A stretch of 58,768 nt of DNA, taken from the NCBI GenBank assembly GCA_964535805.1, contig CAZHUM010000005.1:1-58768 (forward strand), given 5' to 3'. Of this stretch, positions 40,459-51,300 are shown piece by piece; positions within the stretch are counted from its first letter, which is position 1; each line of letters starts with the position of its first letter. Origin of the DNA: an uncultured Thermoplasmata archaeon (GTDB lineage Archaea; Thermoplasmatota; Thermoplasmata; Halarchaeoplasmatales; Halarchaeoplasmataceae). The notes under the pieces were generated by a model. That model had not been told where the DNA came from, searched no databases, and saw nothing but the letters and a program-made list of their open reading frames with translations. The translations under genes were made by a program, and so were the position numbers.

Positions 40459-41622
40459 CTAGATCACCTCCAAGATCTCGTCGGGTCTGTGTAGTTCTCC
40501 ACCTATCTTACCTGCTAGTACTACTTCGCATTCAGCGTACTCGTTCACTTTGTGGTACATCTGACCCAGGTTCATCTCAGCCACGACTATCTTATCGACC
40601 TTGCGTGAAAGCTCTTCCACCGCCTTAATCGGGAACGGCCATAGTGTTTTCAGTCTAAAATAACCGACCTTCTTGCCCCTTTTTCTGGCTAGGTTAACTG
40701 CACCCAATGCACTCCTGCTGGCTATGCCGTATGAGAGTATAGCAACATCGGCGTCATCGATGTTCCTCTCTTCTATATCTGTGAGTGTTTCTCTATCATC
40801 CGTTACCTTCTCTACCTGCCTTCGAATCAGTTTATCATGGTCTTCCTGGTCATCCGTCGCCGGGAATCCGTGCTCGTCGTGTGTGAGTCCCGTAACATAG
40901 GTCTTGTACCCCGTCCCAAAAGGTGCGAACTCAGGTACTTTTTCTTTACCGTATCGACCCTTGCCGAAGGGAACATAATCCTCTGGACCCACCTTCGGTT
41001 TCTTCCTGTAGAATAGATCAACCTCGTCGGGTATCTCTATCATCTCTCTCATGTGCCCTAAGTCGGCACTGATATACAAGAAAACCGGGGTCCTGTACTC
41101 CTCTGCAAGATTGAAACTTTTGATGGTGAGCTCCACTGTCTCTTGGATCGTGTTGGGTGAAAGCACGATGGGGTGATAATCTCCGTGGGAACCGTATCGT
41201 CCCTGCATCACGTCGCCCTGTGCACCCAACGTGGGCTGTCCCGTGGACGGTCCCGATCTTTGCACGTTAGCTACGACAACCGGTGTTTCGCTCATTGCGG
41301 CGAATCCTATGTTCTCCTGCATGAGGGAAAATCCGGGTCCGCTGGTAGCGGTCATGGCTTTTGCACCGGTCCATGAAGATCCGATGATCGATGCCATACT
41401 CGCCAGCTCGTCCTCCATCTGGATGTATTTACCACCCACTTTAGGCAGTAATCTAGCCATCATCTCTGCTATCTCAGACGCTGGTGTTATAGGATAACCT
41501 CCGAAGAAGTTGCACCCCGCAAGAAGAGCACCGTAGCAAACGGCTGCATCTCCGTGGATGAACTGCCTCTTGGCACCAAGTGCTTTCTTTACTCTCTCTA
41601 AGTCAAAATCTTCTTCATTCAT
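40459..41622 (-). CDS. korA: 2-oxoacid:ferredoxin oxidoreductase alpha subunit (2-oxoglutarate-type likely)
   Basis: GYPITPASE, QMEDE, TATSGPGFSLMQE, QRSGPSTGQPT. Confidence 0.94.
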   Translation of the reverse strand: MNEEDFDLERVKKALGAKRQFIHGDAAVCYGALLAGCNFFGGYPITPASEIAEMMARLLPKVGGKYIQMEDELASMASIIGSSWTGAKAMTATSGPGFSLMQENIGFAAMSETPVVVANVQRSGPSTGQPTLGAQGDVMQGRYGSHGDYHPIVLSPNTIQETVELTIKSFNLAEEYRTPVFLYISADLGHMREMIEIPDEVDLFYRKKPKVGPEDYVPFGKGRYGKEKVPEFAPFGTGYKTYVTGLTHDEHGFPATDDQEDHDKLIRRQVEKVTDDRETLTDIEERNIDDADVAILSYGIASRSALGAVNLARKRGKKVGYFRLKTLWPFPIKAVEELSRKVDKIVVAEMNLGQMYHKVNEYAECEVVLAGKIGGELHRPDEILEVI

Positions 41623-41821
41623 CTTCTTCCTCCACGACGGTGATGGCAAAATCAGGACATATCAATTCGCAAAGTCTGCAGTTGTTGCATCTATCTTCGA
41701 TCTCCACCGGTTGATGAACACCTTTTTTGTTCAGTTCCTCGCTCTCTTCCAGCGCATCACGGGGGCAGAATAATATGCACAGGTTGCATCCTTTGCAGTA
41801 GTCCTCGTTAACTTCGATCAT
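41615..41821 (-). CDS. korD: 2-oxoacid:ferredoxin oxidoreductase delta subunit (2[4Fe-4S])
   Basis: CKGCNLCILFCP and CNNCRLCELICPDFAI. Confidence 0.92.
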   Translation of the reverse strand: MIEVNEDYCKGCNLCILFCPRDALEESEELNKKGVHQPVEIEDRCNNCRLCELICPDFAITVVEEEDE

Positions 41822-41832
41822 CAGAGTCCACC

Positions 41833-43485
41833 CTACAGGGTCACCTCTACGTCGAGATGCCTCTCTAGTACCTTCTTCCCTCTGTACTCAGGAATAAGCA
41901 TCGGTGATTCTCTATCGGTTTCGATACCGTTCTTCTTCATCTCATTTTCGTAGTCAGTGATATGATCCATGGTCAATTTACCCACCTTGGCTTTTCTAGC
42001 ATGCTTCGCCGCTGCTATACCGGCTCTTCTTCCGAACACGTTGTAATCCAAGAGCGAGTTTCCCATGAGCCTGTTCTTTCCGTGAACACCACCTTCTACC
42101 TCTCCACCGGCGAACAATCCGGCTACGGGCGTTGATGCGTCCTCATTGATTATAAGACCGCCGTTCTGATAGTGCAGTGTCGGGAACACCAATATCGGGT
42201 CTTTCGTCATGTCGATACCGAACCTCTCGTACTGCCTTACCATGGCGGGTAGCCTTTCAGCTATCGTGCCCTCACCCTTGATCTCGTCGATAAGCGGGGC
42301 GTCCAGCCATACGCCTTTCATCCCGGTAGGGGTCTCGATACCGTTGTCCCTGCCGTAGCACTCCCTTATTATCGCTGCGGCTTCGATGTCTCTTGGCTCG
42401 AGTGGGTTGACGAACAACTCACCGTCTTTGTTAACCGGTTGTCCACCGAGGCTTCTGACCTTCTCGGTCACAAGCAGGCCGACTATCTGATCTGGATAAG
42501 CGGCACCTGTCGGGTGGTACTGAACGCTGTCCATATCCGTGAGCGGGACTCCAGCTTTGTATCCCATTATCAGCCCGTCTCCCGTAGCTCCATAATGATT
42601 GGTTGTCGGGTATGATTGTATATGCAATCTTCCGAATCCACCGGTAGCCATGATGGTCGATTTCGCTCTCACGATGTAGTACTCGTTGGTCTCCAAGTTC
42701 ATCAAAATCGCACCGGCGACTTGACCTTTATCGTCCTTGAGAAGCTCGACCGCCGGAGTGAACTCTAGCACGGGTACATCGAGATTTCTAGATTCATCTC
42801 TCAGCACCCTCATCAGCTCCATTCCGGTGTAATCTCTTGCCGAGTGTAACCTGTATCTAGAAGTACCTCCACCTGGTAGCTCAACGAACTCTCCGTCTTC
42901 GTCCCTATCGTACATGATCCCCAGTTCCTCGTGCCATTCGATGAGTTTAGGGGCGTCCATGGTCAGTGCTTTGACCAGTTCGGGAACGTTGGTGAAGTGT
43001 CCACCACCTATAGCGTCCAGGTAGTGCTTGACCGGTGAATCGTCTGCTTTATCTGCTGCCTGTATTCCTCCCTGGGCCATCATGCTGTTGGAATCGCCGT
43101 GCCTCAATTTCGTAGCTATAAGTATTTCCTGGGGATCGATCCCTTCCTCGATAGCCCATAGGGCGGAAACCGTACCGGCTCCACCTCCACCTATGATCAG
43201 TATATCAACGTCATAATCGATCTGTGAGAGGTCGATCTCGGAGGGATCTATCAAGCTGTGTGCTTCCAGTAGATCGACTAATTCAGTGGGTCCAACTTCG
43301 CCCTTGCTGGGTCCGATATTGATATCTCTCTTCCCCTCTTCTCTGTAATCGGGGTGGAAGTTGTTAAGCGTCTCGTCCCCCTGCTCGGATGTCATCCTCT
43401 CGAATGTTTTATCTGCTCTTTCGGAACGTGTCTCTTCGACCCTTTCGATGGATTTTCTCATATATTCTGGATAACCGTCAGCCAT
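41833..43485 (-). CDS. frdA: Fumarate reductase/succinate dehydrogenase-family flavoprotein (TfrA/FrdA-like)
   Basis: GGGGAG, AQGG, QYHPT, PRD, HYQNGG, HGKNRLMGNSL catalytic motifs. Confidence 0.88.
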   Translation of the reverse strand: MADGYPEYMRKSIERVEETRSERADKTFERMTSEQGDETLNNFHPDYREEGKRDINIGPSKGEVGPTELVDLLEAHSLIDPSEIDLSQIDYDVDILIIGGGGAGTVSALWAIEEGIDPQEILIATKLRHGDSNSMMAQGGIQAADKADDSPVKHYLDAIGGGHFTNVPELVKALTMDAPKLIEWHEELGIMYDRDEDGEFVELPGGGTSRYRLHSARDYTGMELMRVLRDESRNLDVPVLEFTPAVELLKDDKGQVAGAILMNLETNEYYIVRAKSTIMATGGFGRLHIQSYPTTNHYGATGDGLIMGYKAGVPLTDMDSVQYHPTGAAYPDQIVGLLVTEKVRSLGGQPVNKDGELFVNPLEPRDIEAAAIIRECYGRDNGIETPTGMKGVWLDAPLIDEIKGEGTIAERLPAMVRQYERFGIDMTKDPILVFPTLHYQNGGLIINEDASTPVAGLFAGGEVEGGVHGKNRLMGNSLLDYNVFGRRAGIAAAKHARKAKVGKLTMDHITDYENEMKKNGIETDRESPMLIPEYRGKKVLERHLDVEVTL

Positions 43486-43490
43486 ATCAA

Positions 43491-44207
43491 TCACTCCTTT
43501 TCGAAATCTCTCTCTTCATACGTCTTCCTCAATTCCTCTTCGCTCATATCGAGAAGTTTCTTTAATTCAACATCGTACTTGCCCTCCTCGATCTCTTTAA
43601 CCCTCATATCGAGTTCCTCACTGTCTTCGTCGATGTATTTACCAGTGATCCTCCTGGCAAGCTGGGCGAGATGATAGTGTTTTATGTCCGCTGGACATCT
43701 TATAGAACATAAACCGCATTGGATGCAGTCGAACGAAAGGTCGGCGCACCTTTCTATATCTCCACGCAGTGCAGCTTGAACGTAATCCATGACTTCGATA
43801 TCCTGGGGGCATGCCTTCGTGCACGTGTTGCAGGAAACACATCTAGCGATCTCTGGATAGTACTCCAGCATCACGTTGTCTCTTTTCTCTGGATTCACTT
43901 CATCGATATCGTATTCTTCCCGGGCACCGGGTACGAAGGGAAGTTGGACCAAGAACATACCGTCCTTGACCGCCGTTTGACACGCCAGGTCCATCTTCAA
44001 CTTGTACTCGTCCTCGAGTCTGTAAATCGTAGCGCAGGCACCGCAGAAACCTCCCCGGCATCCACAACCTCGTACGTACTTGTATCCAGCGTACTCGAGT
44101 GCCGTCATGATGGTGAGTCCTTCGGGCACTTTGTACCTCTTACCCATGACGTATATATCGATTAATTTTACTTCCTCTTCCTTCTTTTTCTCTTCATCTT
44201 CAGGCAT
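43491..44207 (-). CDS. frdB: Fumarate reductase Fe-S subunit (FrdB/TfrB N-terminal-like)
   Basis: CRGGFCGAC...LACQ [2Fe-2S]; CVSCNTCTKACP; CIQCGLCSIRCP. Confidence 0.85.
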   Translation of the reverse strand: MPEDEEKKKEEEVKLIDIYVMGKRYKVPEGLTIMTALEYAGYKYVRGCGCRGGFCGACATIYRLEDEYKLKMDLACQTAVKDGMFLVQLPFVPGAREEYDIDEVNPEKRDNVMLEYYPEIARCVSCNTCTKACPQDIEVMDYVQAALRGDIERCADLSFDCIQCGLCSIRCPADIKHYHLAQLARRITGKYIDEDSEELDMRVKEIEEGKYDVELKKLLDMSEEELRKTYEERDFEKE

Positions 44208-44214
44208 ACCAATC

Positions 44215-45066
44215 TCACTCCAAAATATCCTTATCCTTTAGTAATTTTTTCGGGTCGATCTTATGTTTCTTCATCTCTACATCCAATCCAAATGAGAGGG
44301 CTATCAGTTCGGTTAAGTAAAATACGGGTATCTCGAAATCCGTTGCCCTCTGGTGAAAGTCAAGGTTGAACTGGCACAACGGGCACGACAGCGCTATCGC
44401 TTCGGCACCGTCCTCCACCGCTCTACCCACGATATCTTTCACCCTCTTCTCTACGATATCGCTCCTATTCACCGTGTGATAAGAACCGCAGCACTCCGTT
44501 CTCTTTGGGTTGTCGATCACCTGTGCACCCGTGCACTCCAACAGTTCCTCCATTATATGGGGATCTTCGGTGTCGTCGATCGCGGCGATATCGGGCCTCA
44601 AAAGCATACAGCCGTAATAGGGTGCTACTTTCAGGTTGTCCAGGTGCACCTTGACCCTTTTCTTGATCTCGTCCTTCATCTCGATGAGTACTTGGAAAAT
44701 ATGTTTCACGTCCACGTTACCTTCGTAATCCGGATCATCGGTCAAAAACTCGTTCATGGTCTCCAGGTCATCGGGTATCTCCTTCATCCTCTCGTTGGCC
44801 TGCTTGAGCACGTTGTAACACATGTCACAAAGGGTGACGATCTCTTCCTCCCCCTGCTCCTGTGCGCAGCACATGGTCCTTATCGGAGCGATCTGGTGCA
44901 TGATATCATCGGTGGTCAACGATTGAACTGCTCCACAGCAGTACCAGTTATCCATCTCGACCAGCGGTTTGCCAAGGGCTTCCATGACCGCCATGGCGCT
45001 CTGTTCGTAATCGCTGGCCTTTGTTTTAAGCGTACATCCTGGATAGTAAAGTAAAGCGTCCTCCAT
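44215..45066 (-). CDS. hdrB: Heterodisulfide reductase subunit B-like (two CCG domains)
   Basis: YYPGC, CCGA, CDMC, YYGC, CCGS, CPLCQFNLD. Confidence 0.9.
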   Translation of the reverse strand: MEDALLYYPGCTLKTKASDYEQSAMAVMEALGKPLVEMDNWYCCGAVQSLTTDDIMHQIAPIRTMCCAQEQGEEEIVTLCDMCYNVLKQANERMKEIPDDLETMNEFLTDDPDYEGNVDVKHIFQVLIEMKDEIKKRVKVHLDNLKVAPYYGCMLLRPDIAAIDDTEDPHIMEELLECTGAQVIDNPKRTECCGSYHTVNRSDIVEKRVKDIVGRAVEDGAEAIALSCPLCQFNLDFHQRATDFEIPVFYLTELIALSFGLDVEMKKHKIDPKKLLKDKDILE

Positions 45067-45070
45067 GATA

Positions 45071-45457
45071 TCACCCCGTCTCCTTCCTGAAACAGCCCAC
45101 CACTGCGAGCTGAGGCAGTTCATCCATATTCTCAACGTGGTCGACGTCGACCATATCGATGTTCTCTCTAAGCATGATCTGTCTAACGGCTTCCATGATC
45201 TTGGCGATGTCTATATCCCTCGGGCATCTTACGCTGCACGTAAAACACGCTGCACATATCCACATGGTGTTCTTCTCCAGTATCCCCTTCTTGTCCCCGA
45301 GAACGATCTTCTTGAATATCCTCTCCGGAAGGACGTCCATCTCCTTGACGAAGGGGCAGCCCGCCGAGCACGTACCGCATCTTATGCAGGCGTTCACCGA
45401 TTCCCCGGAAAGTTCTTCCACTTTTTCAAGAAAATCTAAGTCTCTTTTCACCTTCAT
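45071..45457 (-). CDS. hdrC: Heterodisulfide reductase subunit C-like
   Basis: CIRCGTCSAGCP; WICAACFTCSVRCPRDID. Confidence 0.9.
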   Translation of the reverse strand: MKVKRDLDFLEKVEELSGESVNACIRCGTCSAGCPFVKEMDVLPERIFKKIVLGDKKGILEKNTMWICAACFTCSVRCPRDIDIAKIMEAVRQIMLRENIDMVDVDHVENMDELPQLAVVGCFRKETG

Positions 45458-46917
45458 CGATCATCACCCATACCCTGTGAAAGTTCCTTGTATATCTTTC
45501 CCTCATCATCGTACATATCGATCTTCAACGGTGTATCTCCCATGGCGGAGTGTGTAGCACAAGCAAGGCACGGGTCGTATGCTCTGAAAGCCCTCTCCAC
45601 GCTGTTCAGCATGCCCGGCTGTATGTTCCCAGCATCCACGTACTTCTTAGCGGCATCACGTATGCTCATGGAAATAGGTGCTGCGTTGTGAACTGTCGCC
45701 ACGATCAGATTCAAGTCCTCTATCAGACCGTTTTCATCGAGCTCGTAATCGTGTATGAGGGTGCCTCTTGCCGCTTCGACGATGCCTACACCCTTTCCAG
45801 GTGTTCCAACTTCGCTCCTTATGTTCTCGCTCTCCAGGTCCTCGTCGTTCGCCAACATCTTAACCAATTCTGCGGACTGCATCACCTCGATGAGTCTAGC
45901 CCAGTGATACGCAAGTGTAGAGTGAACCGGATAACCCAGTGTATCGTACATCTCGTCGAACTCCTCCTGAGCAAGCGGTGTTTTCATGCCCTCGGATGCG
46001 TTCAATCTGCCCAAGGGACCGACACGATAAACACCTGAGTCCATACCTTCTTCGAACCCCTTCCATCCAACCTCTTTGAGATATGGGAACTTCATATAAC
46101 TGTAGGGCTCTACGTGCTCTCTGATAACGTCCATGTAGTCTATGTTCTTGAAAGAGACGAAATCTTTTCCTTCAGGGTCGACGACGTTGACTATTCCACC
46201 GGTGTGACTCACCTTCTTATCCTCCGTTAAACCCATACTGTATATGTTGAGTGAATCTTCAACGATGGGCTTCTCGTATTCCTTGAGCACCTTTTCTTTG
46301 AAAAGGTCCAATGTGAACTTGGAGAACTCTACCATACCCTCTGCCATCTCTTGAACTTCCTTTCTTTCCTCGGTGGTCAAGTGCTTGACTACGCCTCCCG
46401 GCACCGCGAAAGAGGGATGGACCGCCTTTCCTCCGAGCATCCTGATGATCTTCTGTCCGTTACCCCTCTGTCGGATCACTTTTTTACTGATCTCCAGGCC
46501 GACCTTTTCGATGACCCCCAAGATGTTCCTCGCATTCCGGGGTGCATCCACGCCTACCAGGAAATCCGGACTCGCTAGATAGTAGAAGTGAAGAAGATGG
46601 TCCGCATAGATGTATCCGTTGTAGAACAGCTCTCTCAGTTTCTTTGCGGGTACCGTGGGTTCCACGTCGTAGGCGCTGTCCAGCGCTTTAGCCGATGCCA
46701 AGTGATGCGCCACCGGGCATACACCACATATCCTGCTGGTTATCGTCGGCATGTCCTCCGCCCTTCTGCCCTGACAGAACTTTTCGAATCCTTTGAATTC
46801 GGGTACCTGCAGGTAGGCGTTCTTCACGTTCTTCTCATCGTCCAAAAATATCTCTATCTTGCCGTGACCTTCCAGTCTGGTTATGGGATCTATGGAGATC
46901 TTATTATCATCACTCAT
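45454..46917 (-). CDS. mvhA: Group 3c [NiFe]-hydrogenase large subunit
   Basis: PITRLEGHG, RICGVCPVAH, EAARGTLIH, RAYDPCLACATH plus cleavable C-terminal tail. Confidence 0.94.
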   Translation of the reverse strand: MSDDNKISIDPITRLEGHGKIEIFLDDEKNVKNAYLQVPEFKGFEKFCQGRRAEDMPTITSRICGVCPVAHHLASAKALDSAYDVEPTVPAKKLRELFYNGYIYADHLLHFYYLASPDFLVGVDAPRNARNILGVIEKVGLEISKKVIRQRGNGQKIIRMLGGKAVHPSFAVPGGVVKHLTTEERKEVQEMAEGMVEFSKFTLDLFKEKVLKEYEKPIVEDSLNIYSMGLTEDKKVSHTGGIVNVVDPEGKDFVSFKNIDYMDVIREHVEPYSYMKFPYLKEVGWKGFEEGMDSGVYRVGPLGRLNASEGMKTPLAQEEFDEMYDTLGYPVHSTLAYHWARLIEVMQSAELVKMLANDEDLESENIRSEVGTPGKGVGIVEAARGTLIHDYELDENGLIEDLNLIVATVHNAAPISMSIRDAAKKYVDAGNIQPGMLNSVERAFRAYDPCLACATHSAMGDTPLKIDMYDDEGKIYKELSQGMGDDR

Positions 46918-47887
46918 CTGGATCACCCCTCTTGTATTTCAGCAGGCTGCTGGGTAGGCTGAACCTGTAAAAGGAACCCGTGGGATCCCTCACGGAATCG
47001 ATGGCTTTCTTTATCTCCTCTTCCGTTTTCCTTGTCTCGCCTTCGATACTTATGACCGAAGCCAGTGCCGAGAGCATCCTTCCGCCTTGGTCCAAAGCTT
47101 CTCTCGTAGGACCGTTGCATCCGATACACGGATGGCCCACCTTGGTGCATGCACCATCGCAGTTACCCGCTGTGGCAGGACCCATGCAAAGAATACCTTG
47201 GTCGAGAAGGCATCTTTCCGGATCGATGTCCGTTTTTTCCTGGATAGGTACCAGCTTCTCGATCTTTTTCTCTTCTCTTTCCATGGGACATACATCGCAG
47301 ACACTTTTCTCCGATATGAAATCGTATTTGCCGACTTCAATATCGTCATCCAGCAGTGCTGGAAAAGCTTCCTCGAGTTGTACTGGAAGCGGCGGGCAGC
47401 CCGGGATGTAGTAATCGACTTCGATGATGTCGTGTAAAGGAACGATATGATGCAGCAGTTCCGGCAGCTCCAGTTCGCCTTCCTCCACTTTGCTGATCTT
47501 TTGAGGAACGGTGCCTTCATCGGTGGATTTCGTATGGTAAGCTTCATCCAACAATTCTTGCTTTGAGTACATGTTACCCAGACCGAAAAGACCACCCAGA
47601 GTCGAGCAGGAACCGTAGGCAACGACGTTCTTCGCTTTTTTTCTCAACAATTTTACGAGTTCCCTGTTCTCCTCCGATCTCATCGCACCGTTGATGAAGA
47701 TAAAGTCCATCTCGTCGTCTTCCATGGCCTCTACATCTTCATATTTCGGGTCCATCGCGCAGGGCCAGAAAACGATGTCCGCTATCTCAACGACATCCAA
47801 AATCATCTCATCGATATCTAGAACACTCACTTCACAACCACCACAGGCACCGCACCAATAAAATCCGATCTTCTTTTTATCGCTCAT
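46910..47887 (-). CDS. mvhG: [NiFe]-hydrogenase small subunit
   Basis: CGACGGC, GSCS, PGCPP, CLLDQGILCMGPAT...C...CIGCNGP. Confidence 0.93.
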   Translation of the reverse strand: MSDKKKIGFYWCGACGGCEVSVLDIDEMILDVVEIADIVFWPCAMDPKYEDVEAMEDDEMDFIFINGAMRSEENRELVKLLRKKAKNVVAYGSCSTLGGLFGLGNMYSKQELLDEAYHTKSTDEGTVPQKISKVEEGELELPELLHHIVPLHDIIEVDYYIPGCPPLPVQLEEAFPALLDDDIEVGKYDFISEKSVCDVCPMEREEKKIEKLVPIQEKTDIDPERCLLDQGILCMGPATAGNCDGACTKVGHPCIGCNGPTREALDQGGRMLSALASVISIEGETRKTEEEIKKAIDSVRDPTGSFYRFSLPSSLLKYKRGDPDE

Positions 47888-48309
47888 AATTCTTCCTCCT
47901 TGAAATCCAGGGGACCTAATTCTCTGATCTCCTCCGTCATATCAGTCATAACCTTGGCGAACTTCCCCCCCTCTGCAGAAGATATCCAGTCCAGCCTCAG
48001 CCTTTTAGCGTTCAACCCCATGTCCTTCATCATCTTCTGCATGAGATCGAATTTCCTTATGGTCTTGTAATTTCCATCTATGTAATGGCAGTCTCCGGGG
48101 TGACATCCCGCTATGAGCACTCCGTCAGCACCTTCTTTGAACGATTGGAACACGTGCTCCGGTGAAACTCTGGAAGAGCACATGACCTTGATGTTGAGGA
48201 TGTTCGGAGGATACTGCTCTCGGCTCACACCTGCAAGGTCCGCACCCGCGTAACTACACCAATTGCATAGAAAGGCGATTATCTTAGGTTCGAATTCTTC
48301 AGCCATCAT
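47884..48309 (-). CDS. mvhD: Hydrogenase [2Fe-2S] delta subunit
   Basis: FLCNWCSYAGAD, VMCSSRV, GCHPGDCHY; ATGA overlap with the hdrA stop. Confidence 0.95.
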   Translation of the reverse strand: MMAEEFEPKIIAFLCNWCSYAGADLAGVSREQYPPNILNIKVMCSSRVSPEHVFQSFKEGADGVLIAGCHPGDCHYIDGNYKTIRKFDLMQKMMKDMGLNAKRLRLDWISSAEGGKFAKVMTDMTEEIRELGPLDFKEEEL

Positions 48310-51300
48310 ACCACCTCGTCCTTCATGAGTGCGGCTTTGATCATAGCGGATATCATGTCCTCTTCGAAGCCTTTCTGGTCTATAGCCCCGGTTGGACATA
48401 CGCTTGCGCAGGAACCGCATCCTTTACAGAGTACTTTGTTGATAACTGCGATGCCTTCCTCTTCGTCGTGGTCGATGGCTCCGTAGGGGCAGACGGAGAT
48501 ACACATCTTACAGCCGCTGCATATATCCTCATTCACTACAGATATTATACCTTCGCTCTTGGTGTACCCCCTCATCATGGGTATCGCCGCCTTGGAAGCC
48601 GCGCCTTCACCCTGAGATATGGTGTCCGCTACGTTCTTGGGATAATGGGCACCACCGGCGAGGTATACTCCCTCGGAAGGGAATTCTAGTGGTCTGAGTT
48701 TTGCGTGGGCTTCCATGTAGAAACCCGCTGGGTCCGAAGAGATCTTGAGCATCTTTTTTAGTTTACCGGCGCTGCTGTCTCCCTCGAGCTGCATCGCTAG
48801 AACTAGATAATCGGCGTCGATCTCCAGTTCTTCACCTAAAAGGTTGTCGTAAACTTTTATGTTCAATGAGTCGTCACCGATGGTTACTTCCGGCTTCTTT
48901 TCAGTAGAGTACCTCAGGAATATCACGCCGTCCTCTTCGGATACATCCATGTAGTACTCTTCTTCCTTCTTACCGAAGACCCTCATATCTTTGTACATTA
49001 TATAAACGTTGGATCTAGGATATCTTTGTTTCATAGCTTTGGCGTTCTTCAGGGAGTTGCCGCATCCCACACGGCAGCACCAAGGCCTGTCTTCTTCCAT
49101 GGCACCGACGCAGTTGATGAACACAACGTTCTCTGGATCTTCCAGTGCATCGTCAGCCAAAGCTTCGTCCAATTCGAGCTGGGTCATGATCCTGTCGGAA
49201 TCTTTGTAACCGTAGAACCCATCCGGTTCTATCTCCTGGAAACCGGTAGCCATGACGATGGTATCAACTTCGATCTCCTCGCCGTTAACGGTTACCGCGT
49301 AGTTGCCTATGTAGCCCTCTACATCCTCGACTTCCGCGGAGGTGAGGATATCTACATTTTCATTGTCTCTAAGTTGATGTTCAAGGTTATGGATGAACTC
49401 TTGAGAATCTATATCTGAAGGGAACAGCGTGTTCAACCTGTTGAGCTTGCCACCGAGTTTATCTTCCCTTTCCACCAAGGTCACTCTCTGACCCGAATTC
49501 GCCAAGCTCAACCCGGTCTGCATACCGGCTGGTCCACCACCGATGATCAGTGTGCGGTTACCCACTTCTATCTCCTCCTCCGTTAGAGCGGATAAGAGCT
49601 TCGCTTTTGCAACCGCCATCTTGGTTATTATCTTAGCCTTTTCCGTCGCCTTTTCCACATCGTCGCTGTGTACCCAGCTGCATTGATTCCTGATGTTAGC
49701 CATCTCGAAAAGATACCTGTTCAGCCCCGCTTCTTCGAGGGTGTCCTTGAACAGCTCGCCGTGGGTCCTCGGTGAGCACGCTGAAACTACGATCCTGTTA
49801 AGGTTGTGCTCTTCGATGGCTTCCTTCATGATCGTCTGTGCGTCCTCGGAACAAGCGAACATGGTGTCATCGACGTAAACAACTCCCGGTATATCTCTAA
49901 CCGCTTCGCTGACGCTTTCTACGTCCACGTATTTGGAGATGTTCTTACCGCAGTGACAAACGAAGACACCGATCCTAGGTTCTTCACCGGTCACGTCCCT
50001 CTCTTCTGGTTTCTCCGGTCTCCCCTTTCTTTTTCTATCCTTGATCGGCTGTAGAGCTCTCGCCGCGGCACCGCTGGCCTGTGCTACGCTGTCGGGAATA
50101 TCCTTGGGTGACTGGGCACAGCCCGCAAGGTAGATACCGTCTTTAGTGGAATCCATGGGCGCCGTGAGTAAATCTTTTGATTTGAAGAAACCGTTTTCAT
50201 CCAGTTCTATATCGAGTATGTCCGCTAACTTGTAATTACCTTGAGATGGAACGATAGCCGACGAGAGAACGACCATATCTACGCAGTCAGTCCTTACCTC
50301 TCCCTCCTCCGTGTTCTCGTACTCGATCGCCATCTTTCCGTCGTGTGTTTTGTACACCCTCGACGGTCTTCCCCTGATGTAATTGACCCCCTTTTCTTTC
50401 GCCTTGTCGTAGTACTGTTGAAAATCTTTGCCGTAGGCTCTAAGATCCATATAATATATATATGTGTCAAGGTCGGGATTTTCCCCCTTGCTTATCGAAG
50501 CCTCTTTCGTCGCGTACATACAACAAACACGTGAACAGTAGGGCATCCCCTTCTGCTTGCATCGTGAACCTACACACTGTATCCAAGCCACGGATCCCGG
50601 TTCCTTCCCGTCGGAGGGCTTCATTATCTTACCTCCGGTCGGCCCGGAAGCTGAAAGAAGCCGCTCGTACTCCATGGCGGTCAGTACGTTGTCGTATTCC
50701 CCGTAGCCGTACTCCTCTCTCCACTCGTCGGGTTCCATCATCTGATAGCCCGTAGCTACTACGATACTTCCGACCTTGATCTCTATCTCCTGAGAAGATT
50801 CCAGGAAGTTGATCGCCCCGGCGTCGCAGACCCTTTCACATGCGCCGCAGCCGACACAATTCTCGTAGTCGATAGTGTAAGTCAGAGGAACCGATTGTGG
50901 ATATTCTACGTATATCGCCTTCCTGGAAGAGAGCTCCTCGTCGAACTCGTTGGGGACCTCGACGGGGCACGATTCCTCGCAGTCGGCACATCCAGTACAG
51001 ATATCCGGATCTACATATTTCGTTCTTTTCCAAACCTTTACGTCAAAACCGCCTGAGCTGCCGATGACTTCCTTGACCTCAGAATAAGTCAACAAATCGA
51101 TATTAGGATGTCTGCTCGTCTCCACCATCTTGGGTGCCGAGATGCAGATAGAACAATCATTGGTCGGAAAGGTCTTATCCAATTTGACCATATTCCCACC
51201 TATGCTTGGTGATTTATCCACCAAGACGACCTCATACCCTTTGTCAGCAAGGTCAAGGGCAGTCTGAACACCAGAGATACCACCGCCGATAATTAATACA

